DNA from: Callorhinchus milii
Lineage: Eukaryota
Assembly: GCF_018977255.1 (NCBI RefSeq)
Contig: NW_024704742.1
Coordinates: 66,466,001-66,530,000 of the forward strand
Direction: 5' to 3'
DNA length: 64,000 nt
This document shows positions 37,790 to 49,878 of the stretch, piece after piece. The position numbers and the translations under genes are program-made. Numbering within the stretch: position 1 is the first letter of the stretch; each line of letters starts with the position of its first letter. A model generated the notes under the pieces. That model was not told the origin of the DNA. It did no database searches and saw only the letters and a program-made list of their open reading frames with translations.

Positions 37790-38187
37790 TTACCTTTGAT
37801 ATAACGCCTTTTACATCGGGAGGACGTCACAAGGTGCTTCACAGGATTTACTGTAAATGCAATGACTGTGTCTTTTGTAGGTGAATGCAGCAGCCAATTT
37901 CCATCAACAGCCATGAAACTAGTGACTAATTTTATTTGGGGGATTGTTCACCAGAACATAGGGAAAAACTCCCTTTTGTTTTTGAGTAAAGCCTTGGGAT
38001 CTTTAACTTCCACCTGGTCAGGCAGACGGGACCTCACCTTAACATTTCTTCCAAAGGACATTGCAGTACACCCCCAACACTGCGGTGTCAATTCAAAGAC
38101 TGTGAGCTCAAAATCCTAACAGGGGTCTTGAACCCAAAACCTTGTGACTTAGAGATGAGAGTACTGCCAACTGAGCCAGGCTGACGC
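37790..38187 (-). mobile_element. SINE family A, near full length
   Basis: Ends ccaactgagccaggctgac, the reverse complement of head GTCAGCCTGGCTCAGTTGG. Confidence 0.85.
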
Positions 38188-38971
38188 ACTCCATTCATAT
38201 GAGCCCTTAACAGGTTCACAGGCATGAACTACGTCCCCTCCCCCAACCACCGCCACATAGATACTCCCACCCTGATTTCTCCCAGACTTGGTCACCATGT
38301 TTGTTCCCAAAGACACCCTCATTACCCACCTACCATGTGGTTTGCTGACCACAGCACTCGAGTATCAGTAACAGGCATCAGTCTTTGCTTTCCAGTTTCT
38401 CTTGTTGGCTTCTTGGGCCGGCAAGTACAGACCAGACCAGCCCCAGGTCCCAATCCCCACCCCCACCGTGGCAGGGAAGGGGTTACAATCTGAATGCTCT
38501 CTTAGCAATGACAACCAGCTTTCAAGTCAATTGGAATACGTCAGTTGTCATTCCTCAAAACTCCAATTGTGTGAAAAGAGAAGGGAGTTCCGCCATGTGT
38601 CCTGGCCAACAATCCCCCATATACAATTGTTCACTCACTTCATGGCTGTTTGTGCAACATTGCCTGCCTACAAAACACACATTCACTGCACTTCACAGTT
38701 ACGTCCTGTGAGGCGCTTTGAGATGTCTCATGACGTGATGAGGGGTGAGATGTGGGAGTTGTTATCGGCTGCCTCTGTGAGCTTGCACGTCTTCAACAAT
38801 AGTGGTTAAAATCTCACTTGCTTCTCGCACTTATGGGAGGAGGGCACAGGCCTGAAAGGAACTCAAAGTTAAATACTCCATTTACTCTTTGAACATATTG
38901 AGTATTTACATCCTGTTTGCTAACTCACTGCTAGTGAAATTCTGGCAGGGTGGAGGGAGCGGTTGGCGGGA

Positions 38972-38993
38972 TGTGTGTGTGTGTGTGTGTGTG
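38972..38993. repeat. (TG)n microsatellite
   Basis: Perfect TG run. Confidence 0.9.
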
Positions 38994-39814
38994 GGATGGG
39001 GCGAGGGTGGAGGGCAAGGCTGGGAAGATGGTGGGTTGTGAGAGAACGTCAACCCTAAAACAGGGTACTGACCTCCATATCCCAAACTCCTTTTAACCGA
39101 TATTATAGCAAGATCCCAGGAAACAAACTCTGGTCCTTTGCTACTGAAGCTGACTTTATGCCCAGTTTATTTTTTCAGAAACCGTGGCTTGCTGCAGGGC
39201 AGAAATCCTGATACTCCACAGCTGCTTATTTAGGTATCAGTGTCCAAGATTTCCACTCCCACCTCCCAATTTATACTACACGTCTGGTCCAAGATAAAGA
39301 TCCCTCTCACCACATTGCTCCACACCACATGCCTAACGGCTAAAGTTAAAAGGCGTCTAACCACGCTGGCCAGTTCCTCAGGTATTTACTGCTTTTCCAC
39401 AGCCGCTGAACCCTATACCATTCAGTCTGGGGATCACAAGTCGTGGCTTTATAGCTTTCTGTTAACTATTTTGTGGGAGAGACCATGCTGGGCAATCCAA
39501 ATTAATGAGTTTTTGGGTTGCTCAGGCATTTTCACATTTTTCCATCTATCTCGGTCTATCCCTGAACAAGACACTTCAGAGAGGTTTGTTGTTTTCAGAC
39601 CTACTTTTTGAAAGGCGGTTGCAAAAGCATAATAATAATAATGAATGATAATAATAATCCTTGCATTTGGTACAGCGTATTTCACGTCATGATGACATCT
39701 CAAGGCGCCTGGAATGACTGTATTTTTTAAGTAAAACGCAGTGGCCAATTTGCGCACAGCAATTTCCCACAAACAGCCATGAAATTAATGATTTTATTTA
39801 TTTATAATAGTATA

Positions 39815-40128
39815 ACAATAATAATCCTTGCATTTGATATAGTGCCTTATCATGTCTTTGAGACGTCTCAAAACGCTTCACAGAAAATATAGCAAAGTGA
39901 GTTGACTGTATATCTTCTGGGCGAAACGTGGCAGCCAATTGCGCACAGCGATGTCCCACCAACAGTGTTGACTTGAGTGAACAATGTTTTAAAATATATT
40001 TTTTGAAGGAATTATTCCCCCCGGAAAAGCGATCTGCCTATTGACTAACAATCGGATTCCTATTTATTGCTAGGTAAACAGAGGTGTGAGGAGCAAGGAA
40101 ACTTGCCTAACGTTTTGCCCAGCCCGGA
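39815..40128 (-). mobile_element. SINE family B, long form
   Basis: Same modules on the minus strand; abuts a family A copy at ~40135. Confidence 0.8.
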
Positions 40129-40134
40129 GATTAA

Positions 40135-40374
40135 TAGCCAGGACACTGGGAGAAACTCTTCTTTTCGAATAATACCGGGGGATCCACTTGAACAGGCAGC
40201 CAGGCCTTGATTTAATATCTTGGTTTAAGGACAGCACTTCCAAGAATTCAACACATCCCCAGCACTGCATTGGAGTATCATCTTACACTGTGTGAGTTCA
40301 AAGTCCTGATGTGGGGCTTGAACCCACAACCTTCTGACTCAGAGGTGAGAGCGCTACCAGTTGAGTCAGACTGA
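40135..40374 (-). mobile_element. SINE family A, 5' half
   Basis: gtggggcttgaacccacaaccttctgactcagaggtgagagcgctaccagttgagtcagactga. Confidence 0.85.
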
Positions 40375-40827
40375 TATCGCAGTGAACATCACTCCAAAAG
40401 CCACTCTCTATTGCAAAGCCAGTGAAATTCTCTGTGATGTTATAATTGTCTCTGTCATTTTTTTGGTGGTGATAAACCCAAAGGGTCATTATCGCTCTTC
40501 GTCTTATTTCTTTCCACCAAAATGCATGGTAAAGAGTTAAAAAAATTGCACAGTTGGAATGGCAGTTGGTAACTCCTTTGTATTAGTCATTCCATTCATT
40601 GCATAATTTTAAGATTACTCCTACACAAATAATGTCAGGGATATGTATATTGTGACGTTAGCTCCCAATGACATGGACACCATGGCTGCCTGCTGATGTG
40701 CACAATGACGTAAATTGGGTGTATTTCACAAGAGAGCCAGGGTTTGATTTTACACCAAATTTTTGTCTTCCAACTTTCTCCTCTCTTTTCCTGAAAATCG
40801 TTCGACTTCTTTTATAAAAAAATTTTT

Positions 40828-41222
40828 TAGAGCACTTTTCACATTAGGAGGACATCCCACAGTGCTTCACAGGATGCAAAGTGTAGTGACTGTGTATTTT
40901 GCAAGCGTAACGCAGAAGCCGATTTGCACTCAGCAGTGAGTGTCCCACGAGCAGCCATGAAGTGAATGACCTATTTTATCTGGGGATTGGGGAGAAACCT
41001 CTCTCTTTGAGTTGTGCCATGGAATCTTTAATGTCCACCTGAACAGGCAAATGAGACCTCGGTTTATCGTCTCATCCGAAGGATGGCACCTCCAATAAAG
41101 CAACGTTCCTCTCGTACTGCCCTGCAAGTGTCAGCCTAGACTGTGACCTCAAAGTCTCAGTGTGGGTCTTGAAACCAAAAGTATCTGAGGGGAGAATACT
41201 ACCAACTGAAACAAGCTGACAC
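40828..41222 (-). mobile_element. SINE family A, near full length
   Basis: gtgccatggaatctttaatgtccacctgaacaggc...cctcggtttatcgtctcatccgaagg...aagctgacac. Confidence 0.85.
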
Positions 41223-41676
41223 TTGAAGAATTACCTTGAAAAAAAAAGGAGAAAAATTCGGAGCAGGGAGTGAGGGAAAAGAAATAAAAGGATAAGTTAC
41301 ATTAATGATTATACGCCTTTTACTAGGTGACATTTTTTTCCTCACTGTGGGACTGAGCAATGGATATCTCCACAGGTGCAGTCTGGATATAGAAACGAGA
41401 GATCATATTGTGATGAAAGAAGGGTCAATGTGTTTACATCACAAGCTGATTTGGTGTCAGTCTGGCAGTGTTGGCAGCGCTGTTGATGCTGGCTCAGTTG
41501 ATTGTGGGTTCAAGTCCGGCTTTGAGACCTTATCTCACAGTGTAGGCTGACCCTCCAGTTCAGTATTGGTGGGAGGTGCTGTCCTTCTGGGATGGCAAGA
41601 TGTTAAAAATCCCTTGATACTAATCAAGAAGAGAAGGGAGTTTCTCCCAATGTCCTGGCCAACAATCCACCGGAAA

Positions 41677-41732
41677 ATAATAATAATAATAATGATAATA
41701 ATAATAATAATGATGATAGTAATCATACTAAT
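41677..41732. repeat. (AAT)n microsatellite, probably SINE-tail derived
   Basis: aataataataataataatgataataataataataatgatgatagtaat. Confidence 0.85.
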
Positions 41733-42247
41733 GATTACATGAGTTACACAAGAACACAAAAATTTATACTACTAATAATAAACCTTGGATTTGAAATAGC
41801 GCCTCATCACGTCGTTAATACGTCTCGAAGAGCTTCACAGAATGTATTGTAAAGTGAAATTATTTATTTTGTGGGCAAAACCATTTATATAGCACCCTTC
41901 ATGAGGGATAGCACCTCAGAGTATTTAGCAATTCCAGTTCCAATTCCCAATGTCGGGCTTGAACCCACAAGCTTCAGATAAATTGATCAGTGACTTCAAG
42001 GCTGTTTGTGGGATATCACAGTGCAGTGTGCAAATTGGCTGCTGGGTTTGCCTACAAAGCCTCACTCACTGCACTTCACAGTAGTTCATTGTGAAAAACT
42101 TTGAGACGTTTTGATATTATAGATGCCATAGCAAATGATAATTATTGTGAATTCATCTCACAAGGGGGCAACCACAAACCGGGGGTCCCTGGGTGCAACT
42201 GAAGATTCTCTATTCACTACCTCCCACCATCCCCACCCCCCGCCCAG

Positions 42248-42590
42248 TAATAATAATACTAATAATCCTTGCATTTGATATAGCACCTTATCATGTCTTC
42301 GAGACATCTCGAAGCGCTTCACAGAATATATTGTAAAGTGAACTGATTGTATATTTTGTCAACAAAATGCGGCAGCCAATTGTACACAGCAGTGTCCCAT
42401 TTTTGAACAGATTATTACCCCTAGAAAAGCGATCCACCAATCAACTAACACCCAGGTTGCTAGTTACTGCTAGGTAAACAGAGACGTGTGGAGTGAGGAA
42501 ACTTGCCAAACATTTCGCCCCAACTGGGAATCGAACCCGGGTCCTCTTGTTTGTGAGGTGAATGCTCTAACCACAACACTACAGGACTCC
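42248..42590 (-). mobile_element. SINE family B, long form, near full length
   Basis: (aat)n tail to ctacaggactcc head, including the tactgctaggtaaacagag middle. Confidence 0.85.
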
Positions 42591-43271
42591 ACACCCTGCT
42601 ACCCCAGTAACGTGGTCAACACTGTCTGACATGGCTTGAGGGGATACTGAGGTGTGAATGCCAGTGAAGACTGAGACTTGCATCTCTGGGGGAAATTCTA
42701 ATAGTGTAATACAGTAACTAAGACTGCCGTAAATACTGTACATTTTTATTGAGGTGAGATTTACAGTCTGATGCTGCTCTATCACATCCTGTGAAATTGG
42801 CAGCTGCACATAGAAAGCTAATAATGTTGCTTTCACTGGATGCCAAGTGATAATAAAATAATAAATACAGTGTCTGGAAAACAGCTAGTAACTTACATCA
42901 ACCTCGGCTTCCTGACAACAACAACAATTTGTATTTATATAGCACCCTTCACATGAAATAGGATCTTGGAACATTTAACAGTGGCCGAGCTGCGGAGAGG
43001 GGGGGAAAGTCTTCAGATGCAATCTAAAGCTGGGCAAGGAGGGAACAAGATGGAGGGATTCAGGCAAGGAGTTCCATATTTTCTACTTTACCGGGGAGAT
43101 CAAAACCTGACTTCGATGACCTGTACCTGCTCTCCAGTCAGCATCCGGTAATAAAATCCTAAAATGTTCATAGAACAATTCATTGAATTATAGAATGTTA
43201 CAGCATAGAAACAGGCCAGTTAGCCCATCAAGTCTGCCCTTGTGTTTTTCCCCATACTGGTATCATAATAT

Positions 43272-43588
43272 TAATAATAATAATAATCCTTGCATTTGAT
43301 ATAGCGCTTTTCACGTCTTCTAGATGTCTCAAAGTGCTTCACAGAATAGACTGTAAAGTGAATTGAATGTATATTTGTGGGCGAAACGCGACAGCCAATT
43401 GCACACAGCAGTGTCCCACAAACAGTCATGGATTGAAAATGATCAATTTATTATTGTTTTGTTTTGGAGGGATTATTATTAGGCGTGTGGAGTAAGGAAA
43501 CTTGCCCAAGGTTTTGCCCGCTGCCTGGAATTGAACTCAGGTCTCTCACTTGCAAAGCGAGTGCTCTAACCACTGAGCTACAGGACTC
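43272..43588 (-). mobile_element. SINE family B, young short-form copy
   Basis: Highly similar to 24001-24318 and 34464-34776. Confidence 0.9.
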
Positions 43589-43856
43589 TACAAATATACA
43601 ATAAATGATACAGTATTAAAGGGGTACAGGAGCAGAGAGATCTGGGGTTCACATACACAGGTCTTTGAAGGTTAATAATCATCATATTTAATATTTTTCT
43701 TTGGTGAATTGAGTGTCCAACACATGTGGAAACCCATCACCATGCTTAAAAAGTATCCAAACCAAACTGAGAATTCCATGCATCCCACTCACACATGGAG
43801 ATCCCAGAGATGTTTATTGGAATTGAGTATGTTCTCTGTCCTGGAGGGACACATAT

Positions 43857-44240
43857 GACATTTGATATAACACATTATCATGCTGTTGAGACGTCCCAAA
43901 GCGCTTCATAGGATTTACTGTAAATCAAAGTGACTGTGTATTTGTAGGCAGACACAGCAGCCAATTTGTGCATTGTAATGTCCCACAAACAACCATCAGA
44001 TCAATGACAATGTTACCTGGGGTATTGTTGGCCAGGACATCGGGAGAAACTCCTTTCTCTTTTCAAGTAGTGCCATGGGATCTTTAATATCTACCTAAAG
44101 ACAGGATTTTGGTTGAATCTCTCATCTGAAGGACAGCACCTCTGACAATGCAGCACTCCCACCAGCACTGCATTGGAGTGTCAGCTTAGACTGTGAGATC
44201 CAACTCCCAACATGGGGCTTGAACCCACAACCTTCTGACT
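43857..44240 (-). mobile_element. SINE family A (SacSINE1/DeuSINE-like)
   Basis: Reverse complement: cagaaggttgtgggttcaagcccc head, ctgacactccaatgcagtgctg, gatcccatggcacta and gtcctggccaac (Deu-domain-like motifs), then the shared tail. Confidence 0.85.
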
Positions 44241-44244
44241 GAAC

Positions 44245-44500
44245 GTTAAAGATCCCATGGCACTATTCGAAAAGAGAAGGGAGTTTCTCTCCATGTCCTG
44301 GCCATAAATGCCCCAGGTAAAATTGGTCATTCACTTTATGGCTGTTTGTGGGGCATTGTCTGCGTGCAAATTGACTACTGCACTTGGACATAAAAATGCA
44401 CAGTCACTACATTTTACAATATATTCTGTGAAGCACATTGAGAAGTCTTGCTGAAGTGATAAGGTGCTATATCAAATGCAAGGATTATTATTGTTATTAT
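44245..44500 (+). mobile_element. SINE family A, 5'-truncated
   Basis: gttaaagatcccatggcactattcgaaaagagaagggagtttctc...aaatgcaaggattattatt. Confidence 0.85.
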
Positions 44501-45816
44501 TGCATCTTTAGCTACTTCACCATATATTTGACATTGTTTTTCCTCATGGAAATTTACAGCACAGAAGATTATTCAGTTCCCTTTCAAACACTGTTGTATA
44601 CTTAGTCTCAGATGCCCTTGAGGCAAGTTATTTCATGTTCTAACAATCTTCTGCACAAAATAAGTTTTTTGAAATAAATGTCCTCCCCTTTAACTCTTCC
44701 AGTGACAAATCAGTTTATGCCTCCTTAGCTACCACGTTAACAACTAGTGGGAGTGATCTTTCACTATATAGTATATTTGTCTTTGTCTCCACAAATGACT
44801 CCTCCTTCATGGAAGGAATATGTTTGATAGGTGAAAAGGGCTTTTTTTGTGCTCGTAAGCTGGTCTCATGTTGCATAACCAGTTATTAATACAGATATTC
44901 TAATTAACCACCTATTGATCGATCGATCAATTGATCAACAAGTGGTTAATGTAGAACGCCATTATATACACCAGTGAGTCAGCCATTCTTTGCCAGCAAC
45001 GTCCCACAAACAATAGAGAGAAGATTCGTTACCATTCAATCCACACAACCCATGATAATAATAATCCTTATATTTGATATTACGCCTTATCATGTTGTCA
45101 AAGTGCTACAAAGGATAGACTGTAAAGTATAGTGACTGTGTATATTTTGTACCCTTTTTCCCGTTCAACAACAACTTCCATTTATATAACACCCTTCACG
45201 CGGGGCAGTGTTTCACAGCATTTAACCACAAGCACAGAGCAAACAGAAAAGAGCCCTTGGCCCTGTGTGTCAGAGTCTGGGAATATTTGGTGAGAATGTT
45301 GGATACGCTGTTGGGATAAATATTTAGGAGCACAGGAATGCACAGGACAGGAAAAGGCCAACGTGGTCCATCTGGCATTTCCAGAAAGTTTGGATAAATA
45401 TTTGAAGAGGAGCAATATGAAAGGGTCTACTGACAGTGCAGAGAATTGGAATCTACATTGCTCTCGAGGAGGACAGAGCAACATTACTCAGTGGCCATTC
45501 TTTGCTGTAAATGTATTCTGATTTCAGGTGTCAGACTGGCTCAGACTGACCCCCGTGTCAAAATACTGTGGGTTCAAGCCCCACACTAACCTCACAGTCT
45601 AGGCTGATATTCCAAGTCTACTGCTGAGGGAATGCTGTGATGTAGTAGGTGATATGCTTCAGATTAGATGTTAAACCGAGGTCCCGTCTGCCTGTTTGGG
45701 TGGATGTTAAAAATCCCCATGACGTTATTCGAAAAAGAAAAAGGCTGTGTAGAGTCTCTCACATTGGGGAGAGATCACATGAGGGGAAGAGGTCTCGGGG
45801 CGGGTGGGGAAGAGGC

Positions 45817-46320
45817 AACAACTACAATATGTATTTATAAAACGCCCCTCACACAGGGTAGCGTCCCAGAGCACTTGACAGTAGCGAAGCCCGTCACCAA
45901 GCCGGGGGGAGTGGTGGGGGGTTAACCATAGACATGGTCAAATAGGAAGGTCTTCAGGCGCAAACTGAAGATGGGGAAGGAAGAGGCAAGATGGAGGCCT
46001 AGAGGAAGAGTGTTCCAGGGTTTTGGGCCATAGTCGCTGAAAGCACGGCCACTAATGTTGCAACAGATGGTACAAGGGATATGCAGAAGCCTGCAGCCAG
46101 TTGAGCGGAGTTAATGGGTTGTGGATTGGAGGTAAGCAGGTTGGAAAGGTGAGGAGGTGCCAGGGCATGATAGTGAGCCAGTGTAGCCTGGCAAGAACAG
46201 ATGAGATGAGGTTACGGAGTTTAGTACAGGTGAGTATGTGGGCGGAGGAGTTTTGGATCAGCTGGATCCTGTATGTGGAGTTGGGGAGACCGGCAAAGAG
46301 GGCATTTGAAAAGAGACCAT
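45817..46320 (-). mobile_element. L2-clade LINE 3' fragment
   Basis: Minus-strand ORF 46052..46438 contains NALFAGLP...IQLIQNSSAHILT...VLARLHWL; the tail matches 29724-29781. Confidence 0.85.
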
Positions 46321-47261
46321 GAGGGGGAGAAACCTTGAAGGGGCTAGAGAGCAAAATTGGTATATTGGGCCTGCCGCATGGAAGGAATATGTCTGATTGG
46401 TGAAAAGGGCTTTTTTTGTGCTCGTAAGCTGCTCTCATGTTGCATAACCAATTATTAATACAGACCTTCTAATGTTCTGTGTCCGAATGTTTACTACACG
46501 ATTTAACAGCAGTTAAATTGAGATCATGCAAGAGCCCAGATCTCCATCTCCAGTTGCTACTGAACCTAATTACATTTCTGCTGAGGACACAGGTTTCGGC
46601 AGATCATGAGGGTTCCTGGAGGCTAAACCACAAAACAGCCACAGTTACCATAAAGAAAACTTCCTTAAATCGGACTCGTGAGAGTGGGAACGTAAATGAA
46701 ATAAAAATCCTTTTATCATTTAGTTTCTTTCCCACACAAGTGAAGGGAGTTTCTCCTGGTATCCTGTGTACGATTTCCTCACAAATAAAATGTGATCATC
46801 TACTACATGGCTGTTTGTGGGACATTGCTGTGCACAAATTGGTTGCTGTGTTCGCCCACTAAAGTACATAGTCGCCATACTTTACAGGATATCCTATGAA
46901 GTGCTTTGAGATGTTTTGATGTCGGGATAAGATGCTGTATCAAATGCAATTATTAGTATTAAGTAGAGTTGGTCTTGAAGCAAAAGCAGTCAACAACAAC
47001 AACTTGCATTTCTATAGTGCTTCCACACAGGCTGATTTAATGTCTCAGGGCCCTTTGCAATCACAATGCTCTGGAGTGAATCCAGAAATAATCTCTTTAC
47101 ATTGAGAGAATCAGAGCGTGAGACCCTAGAAAGCTATAGACTGAGAGTCAGTTTGTGTGTTTAAGAGGAAGATTGTCAGACACTGAGGGAGTACAGTATA
47201 CAATAATAACAACAAGGTTACATTTACATAGAGCCTTTCATGTCAGGCATACTTCTCAAAG

Positions 47262-47609
47262 GCAAGTTAGCTTACTCCACACGCCTCTATGTACCTTGCA
47301 GTAAGTAGGAACTTGGTTGTTAGTCGACTGGCGGATCACTTTCCAGGGGTAATAATCCCTTAACAAATATATAATAATAATAATAATTTGGTCACTCAAT
47401 CTATGACTGTTTAACAGCAGTTAAATTGAGATCATGCAAGAGCCCAGATCTACATCTCCAGTTGCTACTGGGACACTACTGTACTCAATCGGCTGCTGAG
47501 TTTTGCCCAAAAAATATACAGTCAATTCGCTTTACAGTATATTCTGTGAAGCACTTTGAGACGTCTCAATGATGTGATAAGGCGCTATATCAAATACAAG
47601 GATTATCAT
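47262..47609 (+). mobile_element. SINE family B, long form, carrying a 61-bp foreign insert (47410-47470)
   Basis: The SINE consensus gactgtttgtgggacac is split by the insert. Confidence 0.85.
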
Positions 47610-48060
47610 AGAGAGATTTATTGAATTGGTTGGCAGCCTGAGCTGGGGGTGCAAAAGGGGGAGCTGAGGAAGGGTGGGGTGGTGACCAAAAGTACATTTG
47701 AAAAGAAAGTTTCTAAAATGATCTGAAGATTAAGGGGCAAAAGCAGGGCAATGGGATTAGAAATGAATTAATAAAAAAACTCCTTTCTCTTTTTGAATCA
47801 TGCCATGAGGAAGTACATGAGGAAGTGCTGTCTTTCAAATGAGATGCTAAACTGAGGTCCTCACCCCGCCGATAATAAGCAGTAATTCACTTCATGGCTG
47901 TTTGTGGGACATTGATGTGTGCAAACTAGCTGCCACATTCGTCTGCAAAATACACAGCCACTACACAAAACAGTGTGGAGCGTTTTGAGATGTCTCACCG
48001 ATATGATATGACTAATCCAAGTGAGAGGCACAAACATAACAACAGAAAGAGAATTAATCT

Positions 48061-48390
48061 TGGAGTCCCTAGTGGTGGTTATCGCGCTCGCCTCGCAAGC
48101 GAGAGGACCTCAGTTCAATTCCCGGGTGGAGCGAAGCATTAGGCAACTTTCCATACTCCACACGTCTCTGTTTACCTGGCAATAAATAGGAACCCGGTTG
48201 TAAATCAATTGCGGACCGCTTTCCAGGGGTAATAAAAATAATAATTTGGTTACTCAATCTATGACTGTTTATAAGACACTGCTGTGCGCAATCTGCTGTC
48301 ACGTTCGCAATATATTCTGTGAAGCGCTTTCAGACATCGCAATGAGGTGATAAAGCGCTATACCAAATGCAAGGATTATTATTATTATTG
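48061..48390 (+). mobile_element. SINE family B, long form, near full length
   Basis: tggagtccctagtggtggttatcgcgctcgcctcgcaagcgagagg head to aaatgcaagg(att)n. Confidence 0.85.
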
Positions 48391-49139
48391 TTATAGACCG
48401 TATATCCCAGTCTTACGTAAGCAAAAAGAGATACAATGCTAAAGCTGCTTGCAATCGGTGTGCTTTGTAGGACTGAAAGGAGTTAATGATTTGCTTTGTG
48501 AGATACAGTATATGCTTCAGTGACTAATGTATCAGTCTTGCTTAACTGACGGTTTAAACTCTTTCAATAGGCGCACAGTATGTGTCTCCGGCACACAGAT
48601 GGGTCCGTGTGGTTAAATAGCGCTGTCGGTTAAAACATGTGGTCTGTTTGCAGGGAGGCACGGTGAAAAGATATGTAGTTCCAATATTATAATGCATGAC
48701 CGACCTGTCTACACTGGACATATGTTCACTCAGACCCTCATTGTAGCTAGCCTGGCCGCACGCGCGGGAGAGAGAAAAAAACATGGATAAATAAGGTTTG
48801 TGTCTCAAGATAAAAAAAACAAAGAACCATTTTAATTGCTTACATTATAAAAATCGCTGTTGTTTATTGCGCCACATCATATGCGCCAAACGCTTCAGCG
48901 GTCAAAACCCAGGTCAAAATTTGTCCGTTGACATTTTGGATATATACCGGGGCAGATGGCCTTTGTGTGATGTTGGCAGCCATAACACAATACGAAATCT
49001 CTGCTGTCTGGAGGTGATGGTTGACTAAGCCCACTGATTTCATCACTTTATTACTTTGTTTTGAAACAGCTTCAGCAAAGTTATGTTTGATGTGAATCCC
49101 TGGACGCTCTGATTTAACAGCAGCAGTGGGGGGAGGGGG

Positions 49140-49412
49140 TATTGTTGGAGGTGCCGTCTTTCACATGTGACATTAAAACAGGTCTTGTCTGTCTGTACAA
49201 GTGGAAGTTAAAGATCCTATGGCACTATTCGAAAAGAGAAGGGAGTTTCTCCCAGTGTCCTGGACAACAATTCCTTAAATAAAAAAAATTGATCAATCTC
49301 TCCATGGCTGTTTATGGGACATTGTTATCGCAATTGGCTGCCGCCCACAAAATACACAGTCAATCCACTTTACAGTATATCCTGTGAAGCGCTTTGAATG
49401 CAAGGATTATTA
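49140..49412 (+). mobile_element. SINE family A, 5'-truncated
   Basis: attgttggaggtgccgtcttt...gatcctatggcactattcgaaaagagaaggg...gcaaggattatt. Confidence 0.8.
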
Positions 49413-49544
49413 TACACTTTATTTCCTTCTCCCTCACAAGCGAAGAGGTGGGTGATGGTGGTTGGGGTTTGTAGGCTGTATAGAGCTTATTAACACATTA
49501 TGAGAGTTTCTGATAAAATAAACAGAGAAAAAATCACTCCGTTG

Positions 49545-49878
49545 CGACGTCTCAAAGTGCTTCGCAGAGCACACTGTAAAGTGGATTGATTGTATATTTT
49601 GTGGGTGCAACATGGCAGTCAGTTGCGCACAACAATGTACGACATACAGTTGTGGAGTGAGTGACCCATTTTATTTGGGGGATTGTTGGCCAGGACATGG
49701 GAAGAAACTCCCGTCTCTTTTTGAATGATGTCCTGGGAACTTTAACGTCCACCTAAACAGACATGAGCTTGGTTTTAATGCATCATCTGAAGGATGGTTT
49801 TCAATGCAACACACCCCACCACTGCATTGGAATGTCAGCTTAGACCATGTGATTCCAAGTCCCAATGTGGGGCTTGAT
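49545..49878 (-). mobile_element. SINE family A
   Basis: Reverse-orientation copy facing 49140-49412. Confidence 0.8.

Noticed and set aside
44808..46473. LTR pair of a small retroelement (TRIM-like)
   Set aside because: No TG...CA termini, PBS, PPT or TSD seen; the interior consists of unrelated SINE/LINE fragments.
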